DNA of 64,000 nucleotides from Candidatus Saccharimonadia bacterium (GTDB lineage Bacteria; Patescibacteriota; Saccharimonadia; UBA4664; JBBRNT01), in NCBI GenBank assembly GCA_038230095.1, contig JBBRNT010000005.1, positions 18,619-82,618 of the forward strand, given 5' to 3'. Below the pieces are notes generated by a model. That model was given only the letters and a program-made list of their open reading frames with translations. It was not told the origin of the DNA and ran no database searches. A program made the translations under genes and the position numbers. Shown here piece by piece: positions 9,271 through 18,477 of this stretch. How positions within the stretch are numbered: position 1 is the first letter of the stretch; the number at the start of each line of letters is the position of its first letter.

Positions 9271-10674
9271 TTACGACTTCTTCGCTGGAATCACAGACTC
9301 GATAAAGACATCCTTAAGCCGCTTGGCTTCGAGCGGAGTGGGAGCGCCAGTGAGTGGCTCCCGGGCATCGCCTGTCTTTGGAAAGGCCATGACTTCGCGA
9401 ATGTTGGGCTCGCCGGCAAAAATCATGATAAGGCGCTCGAGGCCCCAGGCAATACCACCATGAGGTGGGGCGCCGAACTTGAAGGCCTCGAACATGTGGC
9501 CGAAACGCTCCTGGATGACATCCTGGCCCATGCCCATAATCTCAAACACACGCTTGAGGGCCTCGGGCTGGTGATTGCGAATGCTGCCACCGCCAATCTC
9601 ATACCCATTGAGTGCAATGTCGTACTGGGTGGTGAGAATTTCATTAATATGAGACTTGTCCATAAGCCAGTCGCGATGCTCCGGTACTGGTGCCGAGAAA
9701 GGATTATGCGTAAATGTCCAGCCTCCACCGTCGGTCTTCTCAAAGAATGGGAAGTCTATAACCCAGCAGAAGGCCAGCAGATTGGGATCGCTTTTGTCTT
9801 CACGCAGGTCTGGCTTGTCACTGCCGTACTTCTCCATAGCTTCAGCGTAGGTAAGCCGTGGGAATGGGAGTGTCTGGATACGCTTTTCAGGCGCATGCTT
9901 TGCTACCAGCTCGATGAGCAGGGCTTCATTCAGGGCCATGACGTCCTCGCGCTCAACGAATGACAGCTCCATGTCTAGCTGGGTAAACTCTGGCTGACGG
10001 TCGCCGCGCTGGTCCTCGTCACGGAAGCAGCGAGCAATCTGGAAATAGCGACCAATGCCCCCGACCATGAGCAGCTGCTTAAACTGCTGCGGTGACTGAG
10101 GCAAGGTATAGAAATCGCCCGGGTGGAGGCGTGAGGGCACAATAAACTCACGGGCGCCCTCGGGTGTGCCTTTGGTGAGGTTGGGCGTCTCTACCTCTAT
10201 AAAGTCCTGGCCGTCCATATAGTCTCGGATACTTTTGACGACGGCGTGGCGGAGGCGCAGATTGCGCGCCATGCGCTCGGTGCGCAGGTCTAGGTAACGG
10301 TACTTCAGACGGACTTCGTCGTTGACTGCCGAGGTGTCTTTATTTATCTCAAATGGCAGTTCCATAGACTCCGATAGTACCGTGACGGAGCTAGCGCCCA
10401 GCTCTACCTCGCCGGTGACAATATTCTTATTTATAAACCGCTCGCCGCGTTTGCGTACCTCACCGGTAATCTCAACGACATACTCATTGCCCAGCTTGGG
10501 AAGCGAGGATGGGTCGTCTATGACCACCTGAAGCAGTCCGCTGTAGTCCCGGAGGTCCATGAAGGCAATCTTGCCCATGTCACGGATAGTGTGTACCCAG
10601 CCTTTGACGGTGACAGTCTTACCGATATGCTGGGTAGTTAGCTTGGTTGAAATGTAGGGAGTGTTTTTTGCCAT
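9271..10674 (-). CDS. aspS: aspartate-tRNA ligase, short form lacking GAD insertion
   Basis: LRYRYLDLR-like, LPQSPQQFKQLLM, FRDED, QPEFTQLD, GAPPHGGIAWG. Confidence 0.96.
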   Translation of the reverse strand: MAKNTPYISTKLTTQHIGKTVTVKGWVHTIRDMGKIAFMDLRDYSGLLQVVIDDPSSLPKLGNEYVVEITGEVRKRGERFINKNIVTGEVELGASSVTVLSESMELPFEINKDTSAVNDEVRLKYRYLDLRTERMARNLRLRHAVVKSIRDYMDGQDFIEVETPNLTKGTPEGAREFIVPSRLHPGDFYTLPQSPQQFKQLLMVGGIGRYFQIARCFRDEDQRGDRQPEFTQLDMELSFVEREDVMALNEALLIELVAKHAPEKRIQTLPFPRLTYAEAMEKYGSDKPDLREDKSDPNLLAFCWVIDFPFFEKTDGGGWTFTHNPFSAPVPEHRDWLMDKSHINEILTTQYDIALNGYEIGGGSIRNHQPEALKRVFEIMGMGQDVIQERFGHMFEAFKFGAPPHGGIAWGLERLIMIFAGEPNIREVMAFPKTGDAREPLTGAPTPLEAKRLKDVFIESVIPAKKS

Positions 10675-10732
10675 AATTAGGCCATATTATACCTGTTGAA
10701 TTTGTCTTTGGCGAGCATTGCCATCTTGAGAG

Positions 10733-11890
10733 CTAGTCGTCCTGGCTTGAGCCTTGGAAAAAGCTTCGCATAGCTAGGCCAAACGGGAGTAAGAGTACAT
10801 AGAGTTTCAGGTCCAGGTAGCGCCGGATTATCCAGCCGGCATAGCCAAAGACCTGAAAGCCCTCAGTCTCGACGGCGCACCATGACGGGCCGCAGGGTAT
10901 GGCACCAATAGGCTTCTTCGGCGCGTAGCCGAGCGGGTCGTGGCTACGGGCCTGTCGCTTTAGATTGGTGGTGACAAAGTCTGCATCGTAGATGGCGGTC
11001 TGGGCCCAGCCGCTATAGGTAGTAAGGGCGCTGTCGCCCAGGACGTAGATGTGGTCGGTGGCTTGGAGCTGGGCGTCGACTATGACCTTGCCACCTTTGC
11101 CAAGATTAAACAGCTCAGGATGTGCGGCGTAGATAGGGTTGTTGGTAACGCCGGCTGTCCAGACAACGGTATGGGTCTTAATGGTACCCTCTGGTAGCTC
11201 CAGCGTATTGGCGGTCTCGGCTTTGACGGCCGTATTGGTATAGATCTTAATTCCTAGCTGCTTTAGACGTTTTTGGACGGCGCGGGAGAACTCCTCTGGT
11301 AGAGCTGGCAGAATGCGTGGAGCAGCCTCTACGAGGATAATGCGGAAGCTTTTGCTCTGCACAAAGTAGCGCTTACGCAAGCGCCCCAGGTATGACACCA
11401 TTTCGGCCGCCAGCTCGACACCAGTCGGGCCAGCGCCTACTACTACGTAGTTCAGGTCCATTTTATTATCACCAGTTAGCTCCGTATGCAGGTGTGAGCG
11501 AAGCCGCAAAGCCTCGTCTACTGTCTTAATGCCAAAGGAGAACCGGTCTAGACCCGCTATGCCGAAGAATGCGGTGACACTCCCGAGTGCCATAATGAGC
11601 TTGTCGTAGTGGTGGTCCTTGCCATCGGCGGTACGGACGACCTTGTCCTTAGAGTGTATTTTTTCCAGGCGAGATAGCGCAATATGAACATTACCTATGC
11701 CTTCGAATATTTCGGCTAACGGGACTTTGACTGCCAAGGGTGAGTGGCCTGTACTGGTACGATACAGTGCGGCGTGGTACTCCCAACAATATTTATCCGA
11801 GATGAGCGTTACCTGGAAGTGCGGATTACCGGCGAGATTCCGGGCGGCTTTTACCCCTGCAAACCCGCCGCCAATAATAACAATCATCAT
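10733..11890 (-). CDS. type II NADH dehydrogenase-like FAD oxidoreductase
   Basis: GGGFAG, GAGPTGVE, WTAGV, LGD motifs. Confidence 0.88.
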   Translation of the reverse strand: MMIVIIGGGFAGVKAARNLAGNPHFQVTLISDKYCWEYHAALYRTSTGHSPLAVKVPLAEIFEGIGNVHIALSRLEKIHSKDKVVRTADGKDHHYDKLIMALGSVTAFFGIAGLDRFSFGIKTVDEALRLRSHLHTELTGDNKMDLNYVVVGAGPTGVELAAEMVSYLGRLRKRYFVQSKSFRIILVEAAPRILPALPEEFSRAVQKRLKQLGIKIYTNTAVKAETANTLELPEGTIKTHTVVWTAGVTNNPIYAAHPELFNLGKGGKVIVDAQLQATDHIYVLGDSALTTYSGWAQTAIYDADFVTTNLKRQARSHDPLGYAPKKPIGAIPCGPSWCAVETEGFQVFGYAGWIIRRYLDLKLYVLLLPFGLAMRSFFQGSSQDD

Positions 11891-11935
11891 GCGTTAAGCT
11901 TAACAACAATTGTGCAGCTAGACAAATCTTGTTGG

Positions 11936-12301
11936 TTACGACTGCGGGGCTGACTTGCGGCGAGTGGTGAGTAAGGCAGCAATGACGAGCGCCATGCTGG
12001 CAAAGGCGGCGATCCGCATCATGAGCACTCCCAGATCGAAGCTCGTCTCCCCAGCTTTGCCGCCAATGCCACCCACAATCGCCAACAGAACTAAGCCTAC
12101 ACAGAGATACCGTGTGGCCGTACTGGCACGCGATTTAACGGCATAGTACAACGAAACAAGAGCTATGCCACCCATCCCAACACCAGCAAGCCGGTGAAGC
12201 ATAAGGAGTCCGACGCTCGGGTTCGTCATCTGGACAGCGCCAAGGACAAACGTGGCCAGAATGAATAGTGCTTGGATAATGAGTACTAGGCGTAGCTTCA
12301 C
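11936..12301 (-). CDS. hypothetical 4-TM membrane protein
   Basis: GGAGG RBS before GTG; four hydrophobic segments. Confidence 0.7.
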   Translation of the reverse strand: MKLRLVLIIQALFILATFVLGAVQMTNPSVGLLMLHRLAGVGMGGIALVSLYYAVKSRASTATRYLCVGLVLLAIVGGIGGKAGETSFDLGVLMMRIAAFASMALVIAALLTTRRKSAPQS

Positions 12302-12321
12302 GGTACCTCCTTAGAAAGTGC

Positions 12322-13227
12322 TTACTGCGGTGGGAATACAGCGGTGAGCTCAGCTGAGTCATAGAAGACCTTGCCAAGTTCACCGAATCCGTAGGTATGA
12401 TCATTGAGAACTATGGTGCTGCCGCCCAGCTTCGGATCGGTCTTGGGCTTGGAACTTCCAAAGCCAATATTGAATAGAGTGGTAATAATACCCGGCTTGT
12501 CCTGTAGAGTGTAGCCCTGGTGCGCCCACTGGGCTTCTATTTCTCGAACATACAGCGCAGCGTACAGGTAGGCGTAGTAGTGCTCTCTGACGTCACTGAG
12601 ACGAGTATACAGTAGCTCATCATGGTTGACGTCGGCTGGATAGCTGATGAGGTAGCCTAGTTCGCTACCAGGGTAGAACGGCGATGTGCTGTCTTGCAAG
12701 GACAGCTCTATACTCTTTGCTGTGTCCTCCTTTATTCCTGAGACTCCGAGCGAGAACTTGGACATGGAGCCCAGAGCCTTCAGTGGCTCAAATAGCTTCT
12801 TGAAGTTCTCCCGGTCGCTCGTGAAGTAGCGTAACTGCTCTGGGATAACAACGGCGGCAATCTGGCGTGAAGATACCCCGGTCTCGATAGCTACGCGCTC
12901 TATGGTCTTCTTATCCTTGGCTATGCCAGCGCGTACCACCGCCCACTCGGGGCTCTTGTTCCAGTCACAGGCGGGGGTAAGCTTCTCAGTAGCAGGCTCT
13001 AGGCAAGTGACAGCCGGATCGCCAGTGGGCTGAGCACCTAGATTGGTAAAGGCCTGCACCTGTTGGGGCGTGACAGCCTTAGCAGCATCTGTAAAGAACT
13101 TGTTGCGCTCGGCACTGGCGCCTCGCACATTGAGCCAGCCAAAGTGCAGTGCAAGAAAAATAATACAAAACAGCACGCCGACAGCAGCGAAGAGAACTAA
13201 AACCACCAAGCCAAGCTTTTTCAGCAT
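12322..13227 (-). CDS. hypothetical membrane-anchored extracellular protein
   Basis: long ORF with N-terminal TM; no family recognised. Confidence 0.7.
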   Translation of the reverse strand: MLKKLGLVVLVLFAAVGVLFCIIFLALHFGWLNVRGASAERNKFFTDAAKAVTPQQVQAFTNLGAQPTGDPAVTCLEPATEKLTPACDWNKSPEWAVVRAGIAKDKKTIERVAIETGVSSRQIAAVVIPEQLRYFTSDRENFKKLFEPLKALGSMSKFSLGVSGIKEDTAKSIELSLQDSTSPFYPGSELGYLISYPADVNHDELLYTRLSDVREHYYAYLYAALYVREIEAQWAHQGYTLQDKPGIITTLFNIGFGSSKPKTDPKLGGSTIVLNDHTYGFGELGKVFYDSAELTAVFPPQ

Positions 13228-13303
13228 ATGAACCCATAGTAACACAGGATCTAGCTACCTCACTGCACGCCAACAAACGCAGTTGTTATGCTATGGTAGC
13301 TGT

Positions 13304-13687
13304 ATGATGAAACGACCAGTCTTTCTTACATGTCTTGTTCTATCTGTGATCATAACGACCGCTGTACTGCTACTGCCATGGATCGCACTGATCATACCGT
13401 TACCCGTCGCACTGCTCATGCTCGTGCCGTTTGTTGTGGTGCTACTTACGGTGGTTGCAGCCGGCTTTCAGAAGCTGGCTGGGCTAGTTGGTGACGTCTC
13501 TAGGGGAAGGCTGTTCGTGGTGCTTGCGATTGCAGCACCTATCATAGGCGTTGGCGTGGGCGTAGCTGCCTATATCCATAACTCCTACCAAGTGCCGTAC
13601 CTCATCTGGTATCCGCTGGGCGTGACTGTTGGGCTGGAAGCTTTACTGGGTCTTGGTGGCGCTATACTCGGGCGGTCACGAGACTAG
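13304..13687 (+). CDS. hypothetical membrane protein
   Basis: about four hydrophobic helices; TG-n-TATGGT-like -10 upstream. Confidence 0.6.
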   Translation: MMKRPVFLTCLVLSVIITTAVLLLPWIALIIPLPVALLMLVPFVVVLLTVVAAGFQKLAGLVGDVSRGRLFVVLAIAAPIIGVGVGVAAYIHNSYQVPYLIWYPLGVTVGLEALLGLGGAILGRSRD

Positions 13688-13702
13688 ATTAGCCCCGTTG
13701 TC

Positions 13703-14016
13703 ATGCTCATAGGGACGCTGATAGATGCAGCGTTCATTATGTACCTGACGCCAAGTGCGTTTGTTGCAGAGGGCACAACAACACCAGGACTGGCTGTACT
13801 GTTCTTTGCGCTGCTGTTGCCATTTCTACTGCACAACACCCTAAGGCTACGTTGGGCTATTGGCCACTCAATGTGCAGAAACTACCAGCTGATCATGACA
13901 AGAAGATCTGGAAGAAGTACGGTAGGCGTGTGGATGCACCGACCTATCTATACGTATTATTCGCATTGATTTTTATCTCAGTTATAGTGCTTGCGCTCTG
14001 TCTGGCGCAATCATAG
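13703..14016 (+). pseudogene. probable frameshifted small membrane-protein gene
   Basis: two TM-like segments in the annotated frame; a plausible C-terminus with a TM (..DAPTYLYVLFALIFISVIVLALCLAQS*) lies in the -1 frame. Confidence 0.35.
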
Positions 14017-14241
14017 TAGTTTACAGCTGCGGTGCATTGTTTCGTAGATGGCTGCGTAGGCAGTTGACTGCTTAACGCGCCCAACTGTAAACGATAGTTG
14101 CAGCTATCCGCTGGTTTGTAGTTAGGCATGATGAACGAGATTAGAGCGCTTAGCATCCGGATTAAGCCGTACTTAAAAGCCGTTTTCATGTGGCTCATTA
14201 GTTTATGTGTTGGGCCGGCTAATGTCTGGATGAGCCGACGA

Positions 14242-14886
14242 CTAGAATCGCTTGCCGTTAGGGAGCTGCTTGAGGGCGAGCACGAGGCCACCAATAATGA
14301 TTGCTTCCGTGATAAGTACACTCGGGACTCCGCCGGCCTGGCCTGTAAAGGCAGCAAAGATGGCAATCATGAACGCCAGGCTGGTGCATACGAGGAACGT
14401 CCATACTCCAATCCTTACCCCCCTCAGCGCGAAGCCTTTGGTGGTGTTGGCGGCCGAGTCTGTCACCCGAACGCCAGCGGCGTGCAGCGCCGGTAGCCAG
14501 TCGCTAATGCCACTCTTCTCAATGCTCCTCCCAGCGAGGGCCATACCGGCCAAGCCCCCGACAAGGCCCAGAGAGGCGATGACTTGGAGCTCATTACCGC
14601 TTTTGAAGGTGGTGATGGCCCCGCCGGCTGTGTAGAACTTCAGATAAATCATATTCTGGGTGACGTTCTCAATATTTGAAAGCGGCGTATTCCAGTTTTT
14701 CTCAGGATTCTTCTCACTCACGAAACTTACGCCTGCGGAGGTTAAGCTCAATACCCCATCCGCCCCTTCGTCAGTTTGCCACCGAAATCTAAACTTATCG
14801 GTTGTTAGTCTCATAGGGGTGGCTAATAGCTGCGTTGTGGTAGGTTCCGCGGCTAATTGCGAGTCCGTAGCAGGAGTTGTATCCAT
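14242..14886 (-). CDS. hypothetical membrane protein with PH-like N-terminal domain
   Basis: GVLSLT..VSF..W..PLSNI beta-rich pattern; two C-terminal TMs. Confidence 0.65.
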   Translation of the reverse strand: MDTTPATDSQLAAEPTTTQLLATPMRLTTDKFRFRWQTDEGADGVLSLTSAGVSFVSEKNPEKNWNTPLSNIENVTQNMIYLKFYTAGGAITTFKSGNELQVIASLGLVGGLAGMALAGRSIEKSGISDWLPALHAAGVRVTDSAANTTKGFALRGVRIGVWTFLVCTSLAFMIAIFAAFTGQAGGVPSVLITEAIIIGGLVLALKQLPNGKRF

Positions 14887-14963
14887 AAGTCCCTTATATT
14901 ACATTATTGCGGCTAGTATACCATAACAAGAAAAGCTCCAGTCATGGTGACGGGAACTTATCT

Positions 14964-15039
14964 TGGCAGGAGAGACAGGGATCGAACCTGCGACACCCGG
15001 TTTTGGAGACCGGTGCTCTACCAACTGAGCTACTCTCCT
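14964..15039 (-). tRNA. tRNA-Trp(CCA)
   Basis: AGGAGAG acceptor, TAGCTCAGTTGG D-arm, anticodon loop CTCCAAA, GGTTCGATCC, encoded CCA. Confidence 0.96.
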
Positions 15040-15108
15040 AGGTGCTCACCGCCCGTGAGCTAGACCAAGTGTATCACTCTCCACCTAGGTTGATAACCGG
15101 GAAGTAAA

Positions 15109-15270
15109 CTACTTGGATTCTTTGAATTCGACGACTTTGTTCAGACGCTTGGAGTACTTCTTGAGTACAAGGCGATCTGTCGTGTTCTTAGGATTCTTCT
15201 GGGTCATGTAGACCGTGGTTGGATCCTCGTCGTTGCGCAGGGCAATGTAGGGACGATTACGCTTTGGCAT
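15109..15270 (-). CDS. rpmG: 50S ribosomal protein L33 (Cys-free form)
   Basis: YMTQKNPKNTTDRLVLKKY..FKE. Confidence 0.9.
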   Translation of the reverse strand: MPKRNRPYIALRNDEDPTTVYMTQKNPKNTTDRLVLKKYSKRLNKVVEFKESK

Positions 15271-15472
15271 GGGGTTGATCTTCCTTCGGGACAATTAATG
15301 ATGCAATGATGTAGGCGAGCGTTGCGGGTAGTATAGCAGTAATAACCGTGACACAGATGACGGCCAGGCGGATTACGTTTGAATCAACGCCAAAGTAGAC
15401 GCCAAGACCGCCGCAGAGGCCGGTGATCTTCTTGTCGGTGTCGGATAAGTACAATTTTTTCATACTGGTCAT
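15257..15472 (-). CDS. PspC-domain protein
   Basis: KLYLSDTDKKITGLCGGLGVYFGVD..IRL..AYII. Confidence 0.88.
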   Translation of the reverse strand: MTSMKKLYLSDTDKKITGLCGGLGVYFGVDSNVIRLAVICVTVITAILPATLAYIIASLIVPKEDQPHAKA

Positions 15473-15496
15473 AGTACACCTAAGAATACAATGCTA

Positions 15497-15571
<75 letters not shown>

Positions 15572-15775
15572 ACCTCGCTCGTAAGCTCTAGCCTAGTAAT
15601 ACGACTCTTGTATTACTCTGGCCTCTGCTCGTCACTCGGTCTTGCCTCGCCACACAGCCTATTGGCTTGGTCTGACTCGGCTGTTGGTTGCTAGCCTAGA
15701 CTACATCCGACGTAATTCATCGGCAAGTCGCATTTTGTAATGCTCGGGCAGATAGCTGCTCTGTTTAGGACGAAG

Positions 15776-15861
15776 TGGTGCCGGGTGTAGGATTTGAACC
15801 TACGAAGGAATACACCAGCTGATTTACAGTCAGCCCCCTTTGACCACTTGGGTAACCCGGC
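15776..15861 (-). tRNA. tRNA-Tyr(GTA)
   Basis: 86 nt with long variable arm, CTGTAAA loop, GGTTCAAATCC, ACCA. Confidence 0.95.
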
Positions 15862-15895
15862 TTGTCGCTATACGAGCACAAAACTGACATAGGAC

Positions 15896-15971
15896 TGGAG
15901 CCGACGGAGGGATTCGAACCCACGACCCGCTGTTTACAAAACAGCCGCTCTAGCCTCTGAGCTACGTCGGC
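15896..15971 (-). tRNA. tRNA-Thr(TGT)
   Basis: GCCGACG acceptor, TTTGTAA loop, GGTTCGAATCC, CCA end. Confidence 0.95.
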
Positions 15972-16046
15972 GTATGGCTAATGGAAACTCTGGGGCAGAA
16001 AACGCTCAAAACAACTACGGTATCATAACATCGAACGGCGGTGTTT

Positions 16047-16706
16047 TCAAGCAGTAGGACCGCCAATTATCATGCCAGGGGCTGGATGTGGCTGGTTCTC
16101 GCGTAGCTGCTTGGCGCGGGAGCGGAGGGCAGCGGCCTTATCCCGCTCTTTGGTGGCATCATAGGCGTCAGCTAGAAGCACTAGGGCCCTGGCAGTAGGC
16201 TCTAGTTCCACTGCCCTTTCGAGCGCTGTAATGGTTCGAGAGTGGTTAGCTATCTTGCTGTAGGCGCGCGCTAGAAGCATATAGCGCTGACTGCTAGCCT
16301 CGAACATTATGGACTTCTCAAGGCTGGCAATGGCCTTAATGTGGTTACGGTTCTCCAGATAGGCTTGTCCTAGATACTGGAAATGCAGAGCATTGGGCGC
16401 AATTTGGCTCACTACGACGTAGCACTCAATGGCATCATTGTAGTTTTTCTGGGCAATATAGATGGCCCCGAGGCGCAGGTAAGCTGAGGTGTTTTTATGA
16501 TCAAGTCGCAACACGCGTAGATAGGCTTTCTCGGCGGCAACATACTTGCGTTCGGCGTAGAGTCTGGCGGCGTAATCTAGTAGGCTTGCAAGCTGCGGAG
16601 TCACGGACTTACCACCTAGGTCGGTGGCAGATTGGCGGCCGGTAGTACGAGCGAGGGCGAGGTAGAGGATAATAATCGCAAAGACAATAATACCCCCCTC
16701 AAGCAT
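16047..16706 (-). CDS. membrane-anchored TPR protein
   Basis: N-terminal TM; TPR-like repeats (AYLRLGAIY..NYNDAIECY; LGQAY..A..LEKSI). Confidence 0.85.
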   Translation of the reverse strand: MLEGGIIVFAIIILYLALARTTGRQSATDLGGKSVTPQLASLLDYAARLYAERKYVAAEKAYLRVLRLDHKNTSAYLRLGAIYIAQKNYNDAIECYVVVSQIAPNALHFQYLGQAYLENRNHIKAIASLEKSIMFEASSQRYMLLARAYSKIANHSRTITALERAVELEPTARALVLLADAYDATKERDKAAALRSRAKQLRENQPHPAPGMIIGGPTA

Positions 16707-17550
16707 TGCGAATCTCCAGAAATAGACCCTCTAGGCAGGACTTAAGGCTCACATTGGCAGTGCGTCGCTTGTCATAATTCTCCAAGGCACGAACAGCGGT
16801 GACGCGCTCGCCTAATGCCATGTCTTGTGCTTGCTGTAAGCTACTTGCGAGCGCCTCCACTGTGGCATCTGCCAGAGTGGTGTCTGCTGCCAGGCGTGCT
16901 GCGAGCGCAAGATTGCTGAGTCGGTCACGCTTACGCACAGCGGCTGCGAGCTCGGCGGCTTCGGCACGTCGCCCCAGCGCTGTCTGGTCGCCAACAAGGC
17001 TCATAGCGGCCCCAGGCAGACCAGCGCTGAGCTGGGCAATCTCTGCGACCTTACCTGCACTTCTCGGGTGCTTCGCGGCGAGTAACTGTTCCAGAGCAGC
17101 CGAGGTAACCGGCCCAAAGTGGATAACCATGGCGCGCGAGCGTACCGTAATGAGCAGCCTCTCAAGGTCGCTCGTAACCAAGATGATTAGACAGTCGGGG
17201 GGTGGCTCCTCTAGGGTCTTGAGGAGGGCGTTCTGAGCCTCGTTGGTCAGTAGCTCTGCGCCATCAATAATAACTGTGCGCTTACTGGCCGTGTGTGCGC
17301 GAAGTGACAGGCTCTGAATAAGCACTCGAGCTTCCGGAATACCAATTGTCTCTATTCCGTCGCCAACCACAATGGTGTTGGCGTCATTGGTCTGGCGGCC
17401 AGAGCGCATAGCAGCGATAATACCAGCCGCGCTGGCCTTCCCCAGATGTGCGGGCCCCGTAAGCACAACCGTTCCGCTGTCACGCTGGGCGGCCCCCTCA
17501 AGCTGTGACGCTACCCCACTACTCAGCAGGAGCTTATCAAACATGACCAT
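16699..17550 (-). CDS. holB: DNA polymerase III subunit delta-prime
   Basis: GPAHLGK, IIDGAELLTNEAQNALLKTLEEPP, TVRSR. Confidence 0.88.
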   Translation of the reverse strand: MVMFDKLLLSSGVASQLEGAAQRDSGTVVLTGPAHLGKASAAGIIAAMRSGRQTNDANTIVVGDGIETIGIPEARVLIQSLSLRAHTASKRTVIIDGAELLTNEAQNALLKTLEEPPPDCLIILVTSDLERLLITVRSRAMVIHFGPVTSAALEQLLAAKHPRSAGKVAEIAQLSAGLPGAAMSLVGDQTALGRRAEAAELAAAVRKRDRLSNLALAARLAADTTLADATVEALASSLQQAQDMALGERVTAVRALENYDKRRTANVSLKSCLEGLFLEIRNA

Positions 17551-18439
17551 CTCGAATGGCTGCCAGTAGCGTCACAAGCTGCTGTGGGAGGGCGGCTACC
17601 GCCTTTATCTGTACGCCGCCCGGGCTTGCAAACTCGATCTGACCGGCGTGTAGAAACAACCGGTCGAGACCAAGTGTGGGACGGCCTACTCCGTAAACCG
17701 TGTCCCCTACCACCGGATGGCCAAGCTTCGCCAAGTGGACCCGTATTTGGTGTGTTCGGCCTGTCTCGGGCTGGAGCTCAAGCAGGGTGTAGCCAGGCAG
17801 GTACTCGGCCGCGCTATACCGGGTGGCGCTTGGCTTGCCGTCGGGACGAACTGTACGCTGGGTAGGGCGCTTCGGATGACGGCCAATTGGCCATTCTAGC
17901 AGTGCGGTGGCTTCTTTCGGCGCACCATGCACTAGAGCATAGTAGGTCTTGTTGACCGCTCGGGAGCTGAAGAGTTTCTGGAGTTGGAGCTTGGCGGCTT
18001 CAGTCTTGGCAATAATTACCAAGCCGGAAGTGCCGCGGTCCAGGCGGTGCACTATACCTGGCCGAAGCGTGTCTGGATCACTAGAGACAGTCCGCGCGAA
18101 GCCCGCAAGGCTAGGCTCGGCAAAGTGGCGTGCAGGGTGCACAATAACTCCCGCGGGCTTATCCACGATAAGGCAGTACTCGTCCTCATAGACTATTTCC
18201 AGCCCGGGGACGGTCTGGAGGACTTCTGCTGTGACAATAAGGTCCGGTAGGCTAATGACTTGCCCGAGCCGCACATGGTACTTGGTGGGTTGAACAGTAC
18301 CATCTACCAGTGCACCCGCAGATACTAAGGCAAGGGCGGTGCTCCTGGGGACTTTGGTGAGTGTGGAAATAGCTTTGTCGAGGCGAAAACCGGCAATTTC
18401 AGCAGGTACTGTGTAGTCAGTGAAAGAGTTTATCGCCAT
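17537..18439 (-). CDS. RluA/RluD-family pseudouridine synthase
   Basis: RLDK S4-like start, DKPAG, VHRLDRGTSG, TGRTHQIRVH, LHA. Confidence 0.93.
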   Translation of the reverse strand: MAINSFTDYTVPAEIAGFRLDKAISTLTKVPRSTALALVSAGALVDGTVQPTKYHVRLGQVISLPDLIVTAEVLQTVPGLEIVYEDEYCLIVDKPAGVIVHPARHFAEPSLAGFARTVSSDPDTLRPGIVHRLDRGTSGLVIIAKTEAAKLQLQKLFSSRAVNKTYYALVHGAPKEATALLEWPIGRHPKRPTQRTVRPDGKPSATRYSAAEYLPGYTLLELQPETGRTHQIRVHLAKLGHPVVGDTVYGVGRPTLGLDRLFLHAGQIEFASPGGVQIKAVAALPQQLVTLLAAIRDGHV

Positions 18440-18477
18440 AGACCTATTATCTAGGCGAACAGCGCGGAGAACAAGGG

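Noticed and set aside
9022-9963. 313-aa plus-strand ORF and many other antisense ORFs over core genes
   Set aside because: Shadow frames of well-supported minus-strand genes (aspS, r-proteins, rpoBC, fusA).
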